Assembly (NCBI GenBank): GCA_043759805.1
Contig: JAYUPZ010000410.1
Location: forward strand, 1 to 37,150
Direction of reading: 5' to 3'
Length of the DNA stretch: 37,150 nt
Source: Myxococcales bacterium
GTDB taxonomy: Bacteria > Myxococcota_A > Polyangia > Fen-1088
Shown: positions 19,501 through 27,860 of the stretch, in pieces
Numbering within the stretch: position 1 is the first letter of the stretch
How the letters are laid out: the number at the start of each line of letters is the position of its first letter
The notes under the pieces: model-generated
What the model saw: the letters and a program-made list of their open reading frames with translations, nothing else
What the model was told of the DNA's origin: nothing
Database searches by the model: none
Translations under genes and position numbers: made by a program

Positions 19501-20770
19501 CGGCGATCTGCTCGCCGTTGCGGCGCCCAGCCGCAGCCAAACGCGCGCCTGGCAGCACCGCCGCCAGCTCGAATCGAGCACGGTCCGGCGCGTCGGCGGC
19601 AAGAGTCGCGTTGACCGGACCGAACGGACGTCCCGCGAGCCGACCGGGCGGGATCTCGATCGCGGCCTTTCCCGTGAATCCATTCTCGCGGGCGGATGCT
19701 TTCCATTGACCGGATGCCTCGGCGCGCATCGAGAAGCGCGATCGCGGAGCCGCGGTCAGCATGCGGCCCAAATCAAGGTCCGTGCCGTCGATCGTCAATT
19801 GCGCGAGCGTGCGTTCTTTCAGGTTGAAACGCGCCTGGGCTTTCAAGGTGCCACCCGCGCCACCCAGATCAATCGCCAAATCGGAGGTGGCGGCCTTATC
19901 GATCCGCGCTCGACCGGAAAGGGTGACCGGTTCAAGCAGGAAGCAATCGGCACGCCCCAGGCAGGCGAGCCGCGGATGGATCTCCGCTCGCAGGCGTTCG
20001 ATCAGGAACGCCGCTGATGCCAGTTGGTGTGCGTCGATTTCGATCCACGAATGATCCACGGTCGCCCGAACTTTGGCAGTGAGTGCGTCGGGCTTGCCCG
20101 AGCCTGCAGCCGTGAGCGTGAACGGGGTGACAAGAGGGACCTGCAAGTCGCCCCGCAACGACACCTGTGCTGCGAAGGATCGTGATACGGTTTGCATGTT
20201 TCCTTTGACATCGAGTCCAACTCCCGTCGCGTGAGCGATGACTTCATCCGGCTCGTCTTTACCGGCCGTCAGGTATTTGATCGTTGCCTCGCGAATCGCA
20301 AGGCGCTGCAGGTCGATGGTGAAACCGCGGTCTTCTCCGGCCGGGCGCACCGCCGCATCCGACGCGGCGGAAGGTCTTGTTGCAATGGCGTCGCTGAAAC
20401 TGTTGCCACCGTCCGCGTGGGCAAACACCGTGATCTGGGGCCGGTCGATCTCAAAAGCGCTGATCACAATGCGGCGTGACAGCAGTGGCCAGATCTGTAC
20501 AGAAATCTTTACGCGTTCGACCTGCGCGACCGGCGTGCCGTCGGGGCTCGTCAAGCGCAACCCATCCGCCGCGAGGTTCCAGCCATCGATGTCCACTCGG
20601 GCGAGCGAAACCCGTCCGGCGATCGTGCCATTCACCTTCTGCTCGATCGTCCGGCGCAACCAATCGCCGCCGCGTTCACTGCGGACAAACGCCACGCCCG
20701 CAGCGGTGGCCAGTGCGACCAGCAGCACGAGCACCCCCAAAACGGCAGCGACGATTCGCAACACTTTCAT
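16520..20770 (-). CDS. tamB: TamB-like translocation and assembly module inner-membrane protein (AsmA/DUF490 family), 1416 aa
   Basis: The start at ATG 20770-20768 (MKVLRIVAAVLGVLVLLVALATAAG, a signal anchor) shares one nt with the tamA stop. The body is long, repetitive and beta-rich. The C-terminus (...GTYLTNKVYVAYVGRL...VHLEYQLTPRWSFEGEYGDARKGSADVVWKKHY) is typical of DUF490. Confidence 0.85.
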   Translation of the reverse strand: MKVLRIVAAVLGVLVLLVALATAAGVAFVRSERGGDWLRRTIEQKVNGTIAGRVSLARVDIDGWNLAADGLRLTSPDGTPVAQVERVKISVQIWPLLSRRIVISAFEIDRPQITVFAHADGGNSFSDAIATRPSAASDAAVRPAGEDRGFTIDLQRLAIREATIKYLTAGKDEPDEVIAHATGVGLDVKGNMQTVSRSFAAQVSLRGDLQVPLVTPFTLTAAGSGKPDALTAKVRATVDHSWIEIDAHQLASAAFLIERLRAEIHPRLACLGRADCFLLEPVTLSGRARIDKAATSDLAIDLGGAGGTLKAQARFNLKERTLAQLTIDGTDLDLGRMLTAAPRSRFSMRAEASGQWKASARENGFTGKAAIEIPPGRLAGRPFGPVNATLAADAPDRARFELAAVLPGARLAAAGRRNGEQIAADGRLKLTSLAALTRALGIEISGGPATGSGDLGFRVSGNQNRMRLLLDGRFAHLTGAGVAVSQMVLSADAPALPDPRGARLDLRIGDLRFGSQRFGATRLRVAPGARADQVSLAASISRPEPLSLAVLARMPKPRNFIFDSVQVDYPDARWRSTGAMRLALQEGVLRIEGMALANGDQTLSLDALQTPATRQIGLAIAQLDLRHLPRIVRGDRSPASGRIDLQLQLAGTKRRPTLNLKLLGRGLMIDKRRLGDIDVQASDTRQDPLRAELVWRGGAAPMTVSVQTPFHLGDLMNRPWPAVLDRALTTRQPFTLHAGLEKFPLRALDVLTGKRHGLSGDLSMTGDLSGPLMSLQGALVLAGRGLATKGVPATDVDLDLRAQPTQLTTRLSVRRRNTVLLTATGRLARPAGARPKAQDLWNSALTLDAQLAPIRVQRLGLVPKDRKQAPRSLHGMVSARLNVKGTAAKPIIDISARTDNLSLEKQRLGTVKLHGLWQDTTARLDVEAASSENGQLRASFANDFGMDLRALVAAPPPPAQWPWQAKFSADRFDVGWLSGLIPDLPTVAGRISANLSGRGPAAKMDWQGRLDVRDASATVIGLGLFESIKLSVEGDRKSLRLKELYVRSGAGSAKMDAWMGDGAGQQRALAANLSMKDFLLRSEGQKVGTLSLQAALKGTLASTDLTLQTTFKEAHFRVASGQRRSLQPLQEPADLVLVSNDKPLNKHQARKLAALNPTDPQAGPAAHTSAALRIQTRVKGPRNLWVHADDANLELGLSDDFRVMTEDGAPRVFGSVLVRRGDVSVLRRKFRLDPDSRVTFSGSPEEPRLDVKARHENKSAGVTVFVSLTGSKTEPVLTLTSQPPHSQTALIMLLLTGRMDLDQPAGPSSSGVDKVASLLGSMLASKLQKTLAKRLPLDVLTIEPGQGAASASLEAGTYLTNKVYVAYVGRLAADPTRQQNRNSVHLEYQLTPRWSFEGEYGDARKGSADVVWKKHY

Positions 20771-22848
20771 CAGAAAGCCTCCCCGATCGAGATGTGCAAA
20801 ACACACGACCCATCGCTGTCCACGTAGGGATCACGCGAACCGCCGATGCCGAAGCAGCTGGTGTCGTCGCGATAGCGGCGCGTTGTGCCGTCGGGAACCA
20901 ACAGCACCGGTGGACGTCCGAAAGGCAGGCGTCGCGCCACGTCCAGTCGGATAGGTCCGATGGGGGTGGCGTAGCGCAAGCCGAACCCGGTGGCGTAAAG
21001 CATACCCCCGAGATCGGCCGGCGACGGTGCTCCGCGGGTCACCTCGCCGGAATCAAGGAACACCGCCAATTGTAAATTGGTGGTCAGCGCATACCGTATT
21101 TCCACGCTGCCAATCAAGATGCCGTTGCCACCGATCGGCAGCGTCGCAAGTGGTACGGTTGGGGAGTACACCGCTTTCGGTCCGACCGGAATGCCGAGCA
21201 ACGGCGACAGTCGGCGGTTGTTAAAGCCGCGCATGGAGATGGCACCGCCGCCATAAAACCTCTGTGAGACCGGCGTGTTATCGGAGTTGCCGGAGTAAGG
21301 GAATATCGCGCCGACTTGCACACGCGCAGCGAGCGTCCATTCGTCGTCGAGCGCCTCGGGTGTTACGTATACGCGTCCCTCGGCGAGCCCCCGCAGGTAA
21401 TCGAAATCGCCGCCCACCGGTCCGCCACCCTCCTGCACACTGAGCGACGCCATATAGCCGCGCTTTGCCGCGATGGGATTGTCGCGCCGGTCATAAGTGG
21501 CTGTCTGTTCCAGGAACGAAAGCCGCTGAAAACAAGGGTTATCGTCGCAACCGAGCACCAGAGGGGACAGCTCCGGCGTGACCGCGCCGGGCGCATCAAT
21601 GTTCGATACTTCGATCTGGTAGGAGGGCAAGATCGCGAGGTCGACCCGCGGCCGCCATGTCACGCCGACGTTTCCGCGGACGCTCAACGCCGTGTACGCC
21701 TGCTCAAGACGTCGCTCGCCTTCGAGCGACGTCCGCCCCGCCAGCGTGGGAGCGCCGAACAGACGGGGTTGCGTGACCTCGGCCGCCGCAATAAACGTCG
21801 GGCCACTGCGGGGAATGTCGCTCTCCACGTTTTTGAGCACCGACCACGCATTGGGAATGTAGGCGTAGCCGAGATGCGAACGCAGGCGCAGGATCCGCAA
21901 TCCCCCTAACCAGTTGCGGTGCGTCCATTCAGCCAGCAGGCGGCCTTCGTTGCGCACCTGATCGAAGCCGACGCCGCCGCCAAGACGCAGGGTCCGGAAA
22001 GGCGCTTCGGTGATCTCGACGATCACCGGCACCGTGTGCTTTTCGGCATCGATATCACCCAGGGTCACCCGCGTGATGGCGAACACGCCCATGCTGACGA
22101 CCCGCCGCTCGGCTTCGCGCAATCGCTCGTCGGAAAATTTCCGATCCGTGCCCAACCCGACTCGAACCTCATCCGCGATCCAGGTACGGTTGACAACCCC
22201 GCCCTCGTTTCGTACCACAACGTCTCCGAACCAGAACACCTGCCCAGGTGACACCTCGACCGCCAACACCGCTGTGCGCGTTTTCACGTCGATTTTACCC
22301 ACCCCGCGAACCTCCGCCTGCAGATAGCCAAGGTTGCGGAGTCGGTTTTCGAGCTGCGCTTTCAAAAAGTTCCAGCGGTCTTCAACCAGGACGTCGCCCA
22401 CCTTGATGGGCGGATCCTCGAGCACTTCGGCGCGCACCTCGGGCGGCAATGATTCCAATCCCTCGATCGTGAGGGCAGAAACCACCGTGGGAATCCCTTC
22501 CTTTATTTTGATCCACAACGAGACTGAGCGTTTACCGTCCTCGAGTACTTCACCGTCGACCTCGGCTGCATAAAATCCTTTGCTCTCGTACAATCGGCCG
22601 ACCCGTTCCAGATCAGCCGACCAGGCGACCGGATCGAAGGGTTGTTCCTCGGCACGCGGCCACCACCCGGTTTTTGTGGTGAGAATCTTTTTCTTGATCG
22701 CACGCGAGCGAACGTGATCGTTGCCCTTGATGTCCAGTCGGCGCACCACCTTGGAGGGGCGCTGGCTCGAAGAGGCGCACGCGAAAAGGCACAGCAATAG
22801 GACAGGCGCGCCACGCCCAAAGCGCGGCTCTAAGAGTCGACGTTTCAT
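20770..22848 (-). CDS. tamA: Omp85-family outer-membrane protein with POTRA domains, TamA-like, 692 aa
   Basis: An N-terminal signal is followed by POTRA-like repeats (VRRLDIKGNDHVRSRAIKKKILTK..., YESKGFYAAEV, LRNLGYLQAEV) and a C-terminal beta-barrel ending ...HISIGEAF. It is translationally coupled to the tamB-like gene. Confidence 0.85.
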   Translation of the reverse strand: MKRRLLEPRFGRGAPVLLLCLFACASSSQRPSKVVRRLDIKGNDHVRSRAIKKKILTTKTGWWPRAEEQPFDPVAWSADLERVGRLYESKGFYAAEVDGEVLEDGKRSVSLWIKIKEGIPTVVSALTIEGLESLPPEVRAEVLEDPPIKVGDVLVEDRWNFLKAQLENRLRNLGYLQAEVRGVGKIDVKTRTAVLAVEVSPGQVFWFGDVVVRNEGGVVNRTWIADEVRVGLGTDRKFSDERLREAERRVVSMGVFAITRVTLGDIDAEKHTVPVIVEITEAPFRTLRLGGGVGFDQVRNEGRLLAEWTHRNWLGGLRILRLRSHLGYAYIPNAWSVLKNVESDIPRSGPTFIAAAEVTQPRLFGAPTLAGRTSLEGERRLEQAYTALSVRGNVGVTWRPRVDLAILPSYQIEVSNIDAPGAVTPELSPLVLGCDDNPCFQRLSFLEQTATYDRRDNPIAAKRGYMASLSVQEGGGPVGGDFDYLRGLAEGRVYVTPEALDDEWTLAARVQVGAIFPYSGNSDNTPVSQRFYGGGAISMRGFNNRRLSPLLGIPVGPKAVYSPTVPLATLPIGGNGILIGSVEIRYALTTNLQLAVFLDSGEVTRGAPSPADLGGMLYATGFGLRYATPIGPIRLDVARRLPFGRPPVLLVPDGTTRRYRDDTSCFGIGGSRDPYVDSDGSCVLHISIGEAF

Positions 22849-22973
22849 AAGGGATCACTGCCATGCACTTCACGATTCGTGCCATGAAGGGGCACCCAGG
22901 ATTGCGCGCCACGGGCCGAAAATTCTGGGGGACGGGAACGCCTCGGGAATGGCGTTGCTGCGCCGTAACGGGG

Positions 22974-23004
22974 AGCGGACGTTGAGTTACATCCAGCGGA
23001 CATT
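22974..23004 (+). promoter_or_regulatory. Tandem direct repeat AGCGGAC(G/A)TT x2, period 21 nt; possible enhancer-binding-protein site
   Basis: AGCGGACGTT is at 22974-22983 and AGCGGACATT at 22995-23004. That is about 130-155 nt upstream of the predicted sigma-54 start site, the distance at which bEBP upstream activating sequences usually lie. Confidence 0.2.
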
Positions 23005-23101
23005 TTCGTGGTCGGCCGCGCCAGATTGTCCATAAGGCATCGCTTGATGGCGCAAAGCTCAGGTCGCCACACCCACACTGTAGGGAGGGATGCGACAGGT
23101 A

Positions 23102-23117
23102 TGGCACTGCGCTTGCA
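23102..23117 (+). promoter_or_regulatory. Sigma-54 (RpoN) promoter, full consensus match
   Basis: TGGCAC-TGCGC-TTGCA matches TGGCAC-N5-TTGCW with exact spacing. GG is at 23103-23104 and GC at 23115-23116. It is intergenic, in the correct orientation, and ends 12 nt before the ATG at 23130. Confidence 0.55.
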
Positions 23118-23129
23118 GTAGCCCCAAAC

Positions 23130-23438
23130 ATGGAAATTAACCACGCCACGTTTCCGCGCCATTTCAACCCTCTGGTGTTTTGCGCGTTCCTCGTTGGAGG
23201 GTGTGGTTCGGATCGTCGAGCGTCTCAGGCACCTGAGATTGAGAGCCCTGAATCGGCCGAAATGCAGCCGCAGGTCCAGGAAGAAGAACCCGCGCCCGAG
23301 CCGGTGGGTCCGCCCCGCAGGCTGTCCGATGAGGAAGTCATTGCCCTCCGGGTGGAGCGCACTGGCAGCGCGTCAGAAAACGAAGTCAGTGAACCGTTGC
23401 CAACCGCTTCCGTTTCTGACGAACAGCCCGTTGAGTGA
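23130..23438 (+). CDS. Small acidic Pro/Glu-rich lipoprotein, 102 aa, unknown function
   Basis: MEINHATFPRHFNPLVFCAFLVGGC (lipobox LVGGC), then a low-complexity acidic region (EIESPESAEMQPQVQEEEPAPEP...SDEQPVE). No family recognised. The start-codon choice is uncertain because the predicted transcription start is about 2 nt upstream. Confidence 0.45.
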   Translation: MEINHATFPRHFNPLVFCAFLVGGCGSDRRASQAPEIESPESAEMQPQVQEEEPAPEPVGPPRRLSDEEVIALRVERTGSASENEVSEPLPTASVSDEQPVE

Positions 23439-23450
23439 AGGAGTTCTGCC

Positions 23451-24152
23451 ATGCCTCGAACACACAATATTGCAACGGATCCCTTGATTGGGATCTCGGT
23501 GATTGTCGGCCTTGCCCTGTGCGCGCCAGCAATTGCCCACGGGAGCGAGGCGTGTACCGTCGGCTTCGACCAAAACTTACAAATCATTTTCGACAGCGCA
23601 GTGAACACCTTCGCGAATCGAACCACGAGCACCGGAAAGACACTGGACTATTGCCCAACACCGGGTCCGCGCACGGATACGCTGAGCTGCTGGGTGTATC
23701 GGCAATCGTGTGAGCCGGGGAAATACGTTTCAGTTTATCCCCAGAACGCCAGCCACTTTCACATCTCGTTCGCAGACCCCACAATTAACTGCATTGATGA
23801 TGGCGAATTCGGACGGCGAAACGGCCGAGGCGGCAAATGCGTCCCTGCGGAATGGGCGTCGGAACCCCGGATTCTCCAAACCCACAACGGTCGAACCTGG
23901 ATTGAGATCGCCTACAAGGATTACGCGACCGCCAGCTACAACGTGTTCGACATGGCTTCAATCAACATCGGGGGAACCACCCCGATTCAATTGTGGTACG
24001 AAAAGGCGGATGGCAGCGTGTGGGGGTGGGATCGCCTGACGGCTGGCAACCTGGATCTCGGTCTGACCGGGGTAAAGGCCTTGTGGATCCGCTCGGCGGA
24101 TGTGGAGCAACTCAAGGGGATCACGATCAATTCATTCGTCGTCCGGATTTGA
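23451..24152 (+). CDS. Secreted protein of unknown function, 233 aa
   Basis: A signal peptide (LIGISVIVGLALCAPAIAHG) is followed by six Cys in the first ~110 mature residues and a beta-strand-rich C-terminal half (WIEIAYKDY..., IQLWYEKADGSVWGW..., ALWIRSADV...). It starts 12 nt after the preceding gene. Confidence 0.6.
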   Translation: MPRTHNIATDPLIGISVIVGLALCAPAIAHGSEACTVGFDQNLQIIFDSAVNTFANRTTSTGKTLDYCPTPGPRTDTLSCWVYRQSCEPGKYVSVYPQNASHFHISFADPTINCIDDGEFGRRNGRGGKCVPAEWASEPRILQTHNGRTWIEIAYKDYATASYNVFDMASINIGGTTPIQLWYEKADGSVWGWDRLTAGNLDLGLTGVKALWIRSADVEQLKGITINSFVVRI

Positions 24153-24190
24153 GGACGGGAGCTGCTTGCGCAACACATTCGTTCGTAGCC

Positions 24191-24814
24191 CTAGGAGGGG
24201 TCAATGAAACCACGCTCCATTGCGATGACAACGGCGTGCGTGCGATCAGACGCGTTGAGTTTACTGAAAACTGCTATGAGCCGATTCTTTACTGTCTTTT
24301 CAGATAAGCCGAGCTTGTTCGCCACTTCTTTATTGCTGAGACCGGCGGCGATTTGTTCGATGATCGCAACTTCACGGTCGGTCAGCTCTGGCAAGCCCAT
24401 CGATTCACCGAGCTTTATTGCCACGTCGGGTGATATCACCCGTACGCCTTGCACGGCGGCCCGAATCGCCTTGACCAGTTCGGCGCTGGATACGTTTTTC
24501 GATATGTATCCATCCGCGCCCGCTTCCCATGCCCTCTTGACCATCGCGTCCCCGTCGTGACTGGACACAATCAGAACCCTTGGCGGATTGGACTGACGCT
24601 TGATTTGGGCAAGAAGATCAAGGCCGTTGGCATTGCCCAAACGCAAGTCGAGCAATACAACATCTGGTGTGTGTTCGGCTATCTGGTTCATTGCCTCTTG
24701 TGCGGTTCCCACTGCCCCTTGAACTTCTAAATCGCCCTGGGTCAAAAGATAATTCTGTAGCCCCTCCCGAAAAAGAGCGTGATCGTCCACGACCAATATC
24801 CTCAGTTTGCCCAA
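24191..24814 (-). CDS. NarL/FixJ (LuxR-type HTH) response regulator
   Basis: Receiver: LRILVVDDHALFREGL...DVVLLDLRLGNANG...SKN. The C-terminal LuxR HTH reads LTDREVAIIEQIAAGLSNKEVANKLGLSEKTVKNRL. Confidence 0.9.
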   Translation of the reverse strand: MGKLRILVVDDHALFREGLQNYLLTQGDLEVQGAVGTAQEAMNQIAEHTPDVVLLDLRLGNANGLDLLAQIKRQSNPPRVLIVSSHDGDAMVKRAWEAGADGYISKNVSSAELVKAIRAAVQGVRVISPDVAIKLGESMGLPELTDREVAIIEQIAAGLSNKEVANKLGLSEKTVKNRLIAVFSKLNASDRTHAVVIAMERGFIDPS

Positions 24815-24839
24815 CAGCTTGCTTTCTTGCGTATCATGT

Positions 24840-27779
24840 TTAGCCTTCGTTGCGTGGGATGATCAAAGTCACGCACGTCCCCGGATCCTCGGATGACGTT
24901 ACTTCCAATCGTGCTCCAATCTGTGCAGCCCGGGTACGCATCGACTTTATTCCTTCCCCCGTTGATCCCAAGCTCAAGGACAATGATGTGGAGGGCGCCG
25001 TCAAGCCTTGTCCATTGTCGGTGATCTTTAGACAGATCTCGGGTGTTGAAGTGTCCAACGTAACGCCAATGAGGCTGGCCTCTGCGTGTTTGAGCGCGTT
25101 CGTCACCGCCTCGCGCGCAATATGTACCACAGCAATAGCCACGGCTGCTGGTAAAATGCGGGCGTCGCCACGAACAGAAATTGCGATGTTGACTTTGGTG
25201 CCCGAGGTCACGCGTTCGAGCTTGGTACGAAGCGCGCTGACAACTTCATGTGTGTTGACACTTGCGGAACGCAGACCCCAAATCGAGTTACGGAGATCAA
25301 CGACGCCATCGGTGATGAGTTCTGACGCACGCTCCAGGTATTGGTGTGCCGTCGCTGCATCTGTTTGTAACGCGACGGCAGCCGCGTCGATCTGAAAGCG
25401 CAGGCCACACAAATCTTGTGCGAGTGTGTCGTGAATGTCGCGGGCGATGCGGGATCTCTCCGCAAGCACAAGCGCGTGGCCGCGCTGCACGCGCTGCACG
25501 CGCTGCTGATGCACCCAGGCAATGAGCGCCAAGGCCACAGCAATCACAGAGAGACGAAAAATCAGCGTTTCGTGCCAGGGCCGCGGCAGATGGAAATCGA
25601 AACGTGCTGACTCTACCGTCACCAACGCTCTACCCACCGGTAGCGCTTGCACCACGAAACGATAGTCCCCGGGAGCCAAACTTTGATACGCGGCCTCCCG
25701 CGTGTGACTGGCATCGTGCCAGGGATCCGAAATCCCTTCTAAGCCCTGGAGCTGATAGCGCAAACGTACGGCACGATCCCCCCGGAAAGAGGGTACAGAG
25801 AACCGAAATCGAACGTCCGAACGGGTGGCAGCAGGCGACGATGATCCACGCTTACTCAAGTGCTTCCCATTCACTTGAACGTCATCAATTACGATGCCAC
25901 GCGGGCCTGCCGCGACGTCCACGGCGCGGGGATCGACGTTGACGATGCCCTTTAGCGTGGGGAACCATAACGTGCCGTCGTGCCCGCGCGTGGCCGAGGG
26001 AGGAAAGGCGCGCACAGGTTCGCCAGGCACACCATCATGCGAGTCGAATGTGATGGCCTCCAGTTTTTCGACCCGCTCGCTTGCAACATCGTAAAGCCGT
26101 CGCCGATCGATGCCCGAGATGCCGGAGGGTGACGTCATCCATATTCGACCCGCACCATCGTCGACCAGTCCGTAGACTTGATTGCTTGGCAACCCTTGGT
26201 TGGTGGTGATTGTTTTGAAGTGGCCTTCGTTCAGGTGCACCAAACCTGCGCCGTTTGTGCCCACCCAAAGGTCAGCGGCGGTGCCGCGCAAGAGACAGAG
26301 AATTTCTGCAGAGGGAAGGCCATCTGCAGGTCCGTAGCGCCGAAGTTTGCCACCGTTCCACAAGCCAAGCCCATCGCCCGACAAGGCCAACCACACACCC
26401 GAAACACGGTCTTCAATGATGTCAAAAACCCGATCGCGACCCGCTTCTGAAGGTGCGAACTCGAGATGGAAACGCGCGGCGTCGAAGGTACCGAGGCCCC
26501 CGTCGCTGAGCCCCACCCACAGTCCCCCGGCGGTGCGAAGGGCCAGAGCTCGAACACCCTGGTTCTCGCTCTTTGGATTGGGCCATCGCTGTACCATGGC
26601 GCCCTCCTGCAGTTCGTGAAGACCCGTGCTAGCACCGCCCACCCAAACCCTGCCTTCGTGATCCGCGGCCACGGTTCGTGCGTCGTATGCCCCTCGCCCT
26701 CGATTGGCGCTGTTGTTGACTGACCATGCCCCATCCCAGCCCGCAAGACCCGCAGCGGTGATCGCCCAAATCTTTTCGCCCTGCCCGACCGTGACGGCGA
26801 AGGACACCGGCGACGGCAGTCCATCGCCGCGGTCAAAGCTACGGAGAGGATAAGCCATCTTCAGCCGCGCCAACCCGTTGGACGTACCAATCCACACGGT
26901 GCCCGACTCATCAACGTCGAGTGCGTTGACGCGAACATCTGGCAGATGCGAAGCGAGATTCTCCATGTTCGCTATGTCCCCGTGTTGGAGTGTGAAGAAC
27001 AAGTTATCGGTTCCCACCCAAATGCGTTCCGACCTGTCTTCGACAAGGCTTCTTATGATCGCCTTTTGGTCAGAATAACTGTACAGAGGCCGTGCAACCC
27101 GAAGATCATTCCCAAGTTGGTAAATCTTTCCGGCCGCCGTGCCGATCACCACCCGGCGTGACGACTGCAGGAATTCCAACGCCGTGACTTCCTCCGCTGA
27201 TTCGAACACCACAGCTGGTTCGGCATCGGCGACGCAGTGAACGATCCTTCTATCGGTCACAGCAAGGACGTCGCCGTCTGCACGCCGAACCACATGGCTG
27301 TACCTTCCTGATGCAACATGCGTAACACCGCCACCTATCTTCGCGATTCTAAAAAGCCCAACCGACGTAGCGACCCACAAAAAGGCGTGGTCGACAGCAA
27401 TCTCACTGATAACACCTGGCACCTTTCCCACCTCGCGAGTCGAAAACGGATCGGAAAGCACTTGCGTCAAGACGCCATCGCGTAGGCCGGCCCAAATCGT
27501 GCTGTCGTCTTCAATGGCAAGAGCATTCGCGGCTTTATCCACCGGGCAAACAAGATTGCTGCCATCAAAGCGACATGCGCCCCGATCCGTAGCTACCCAA
27601 ACATAGCCGTGCCGATCATGGGCGACGGCACGAATGGCCATCGGCACCCCGACCGCCTGCACATCGATAAAACCTTGAGCCGCTGTCACAGCGGGCCATC
27701 CACCACTCTTCAAAGCGCAGACAAGCGCGCAAGCAAAGGTGCTGCAGACGGCTTTATTCTTCCAGCTACGTCCCGCCAT
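24840..27779 (-). CDS. Sensor histidine kinase with a periplasmic two-component-regulator beta-propeller plus Y_Y_Y domain, HisKA_3 type, 979 aa
   Basis: An N-terminal signal/TM is followed by many repeats of the type G..WVGT..GL (IWVGTDNLF, VWIGTSNGLARL, LWVGTNGAGLVHL, IWMTSPSGISGI). A Y_Y_Y-like segment (VRLRYQLQGLEGISDPWHDAS...GDYRFVVQA) comes next, then a TM (LIFRLSVIAVALALIAWV), the HisKA_3 H-box ERSRIARDIHDTLAQDL, and an HATPase domain (ITDNGQGL). The NarL-type regulator follows 25 nt downstream. Confidence 0.85.
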   Translation of the reverse strand: MAGRSWKNKAVCSTFACALVCALKSGGWPAVTAAQGFIDVQAVGVPMAIRAVAHDRHGYVWVATDRGACRFDGSNLVCPVDKAANALAIEDDSTIWAGLRDGVLTQVLSDPFSTREVGKVPGVISEIAVDHAFLWVATSVGLFRIAKIGGGVTHVASGRYSHVVRRADGDVLAVTDRRIVHCVADAEPAVVFESAEEVTALEFLQSSRRVVIGTAAGKIYQLGNDLRVARPLYSYSDQKAIIRSLVEDRSERIWVGTDNLFFTLQHGDIANMENLASHLPDVRVNALDVDESGTVWIGTSNGLARLKMAYPLRSFDRGDGLPSPVSFAVTVGQGEKIWAITAAGLAGWDGAWSVNNSANRGRGAYDARTVAADHEGRVWVGGASTGLHELQEGAMVQRWPNPKSENQGVRALALRTAGGLWVGLSDGGLGTFDAARFHLEFAPSEAGRDRVFDIIEDRVSGVWLALSGDGLGLWNGGKLRRYGPADGLPSAEILCLLRGTAADLWVGTNGAGLVHLNEGHFKTITTNQGLPSNQVYGLVDDGAGRIWMTSPSGISGIDRRRLYDVASERVEKLEAITFDSHDGVPGEPVRAFPPSATRGHDGTLWFPTLKGIVNVDPRAVDVAAGPRGIVIDDVQVNGKHLSKRGSSSPAATRSDVRFRFSVPSFRGDRAVRLRYQLQGLEGISDPWHDASHTREAAYQSLAPGDYRFVVQALPVGRALVTVESARFDFHLPRPWHETLIFRLSVIAVALALIAWVHQQRVQRVQRGHALVLAERSRIARDIHDTLAQDLCGLRFQIDAAAVALQTDAATAHQYLERASELITDGVVDLRNSIWGLRSASVNTHEVVSALRTKLERVTSGTKVNIAISVRGDARILPAAVAIAVVHIAREAVTNALKHAEASLIGVTLDTSTPEICLKITDNGQGLTAPSTSLSLSLGSTGEGIKSMRTRAAQIGARLEVTSSEDPGTCVTLIIPRNEG

Positions 27780-27860
27780 CTTCTGCGACTATACCGTGAC
27801 GGCCGGATACGCCGATGGTTCAAGCGTCATTCAGTCTTTCGGCCCTAGAGTTCTAGGGCC

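Noticed and set aside
16714-21075. Multiple plus-strand ORFs (up to 247 aa) inside tamB and tamA
   Set aside because: They are antisense to ORFs with clear TamB/Omp85 features, and their translations are Arg/Ser/Pro-rich, as is typical of the wrong frame in high-GC DNA.
22890-22905. GGGCAC-N6-TTGC sigma-54-like match
   Set aside because: The spacer is one nt too long. Spacing is the most invariant property of RpoN promoters, and a perfect site lies 200 nt downstream.
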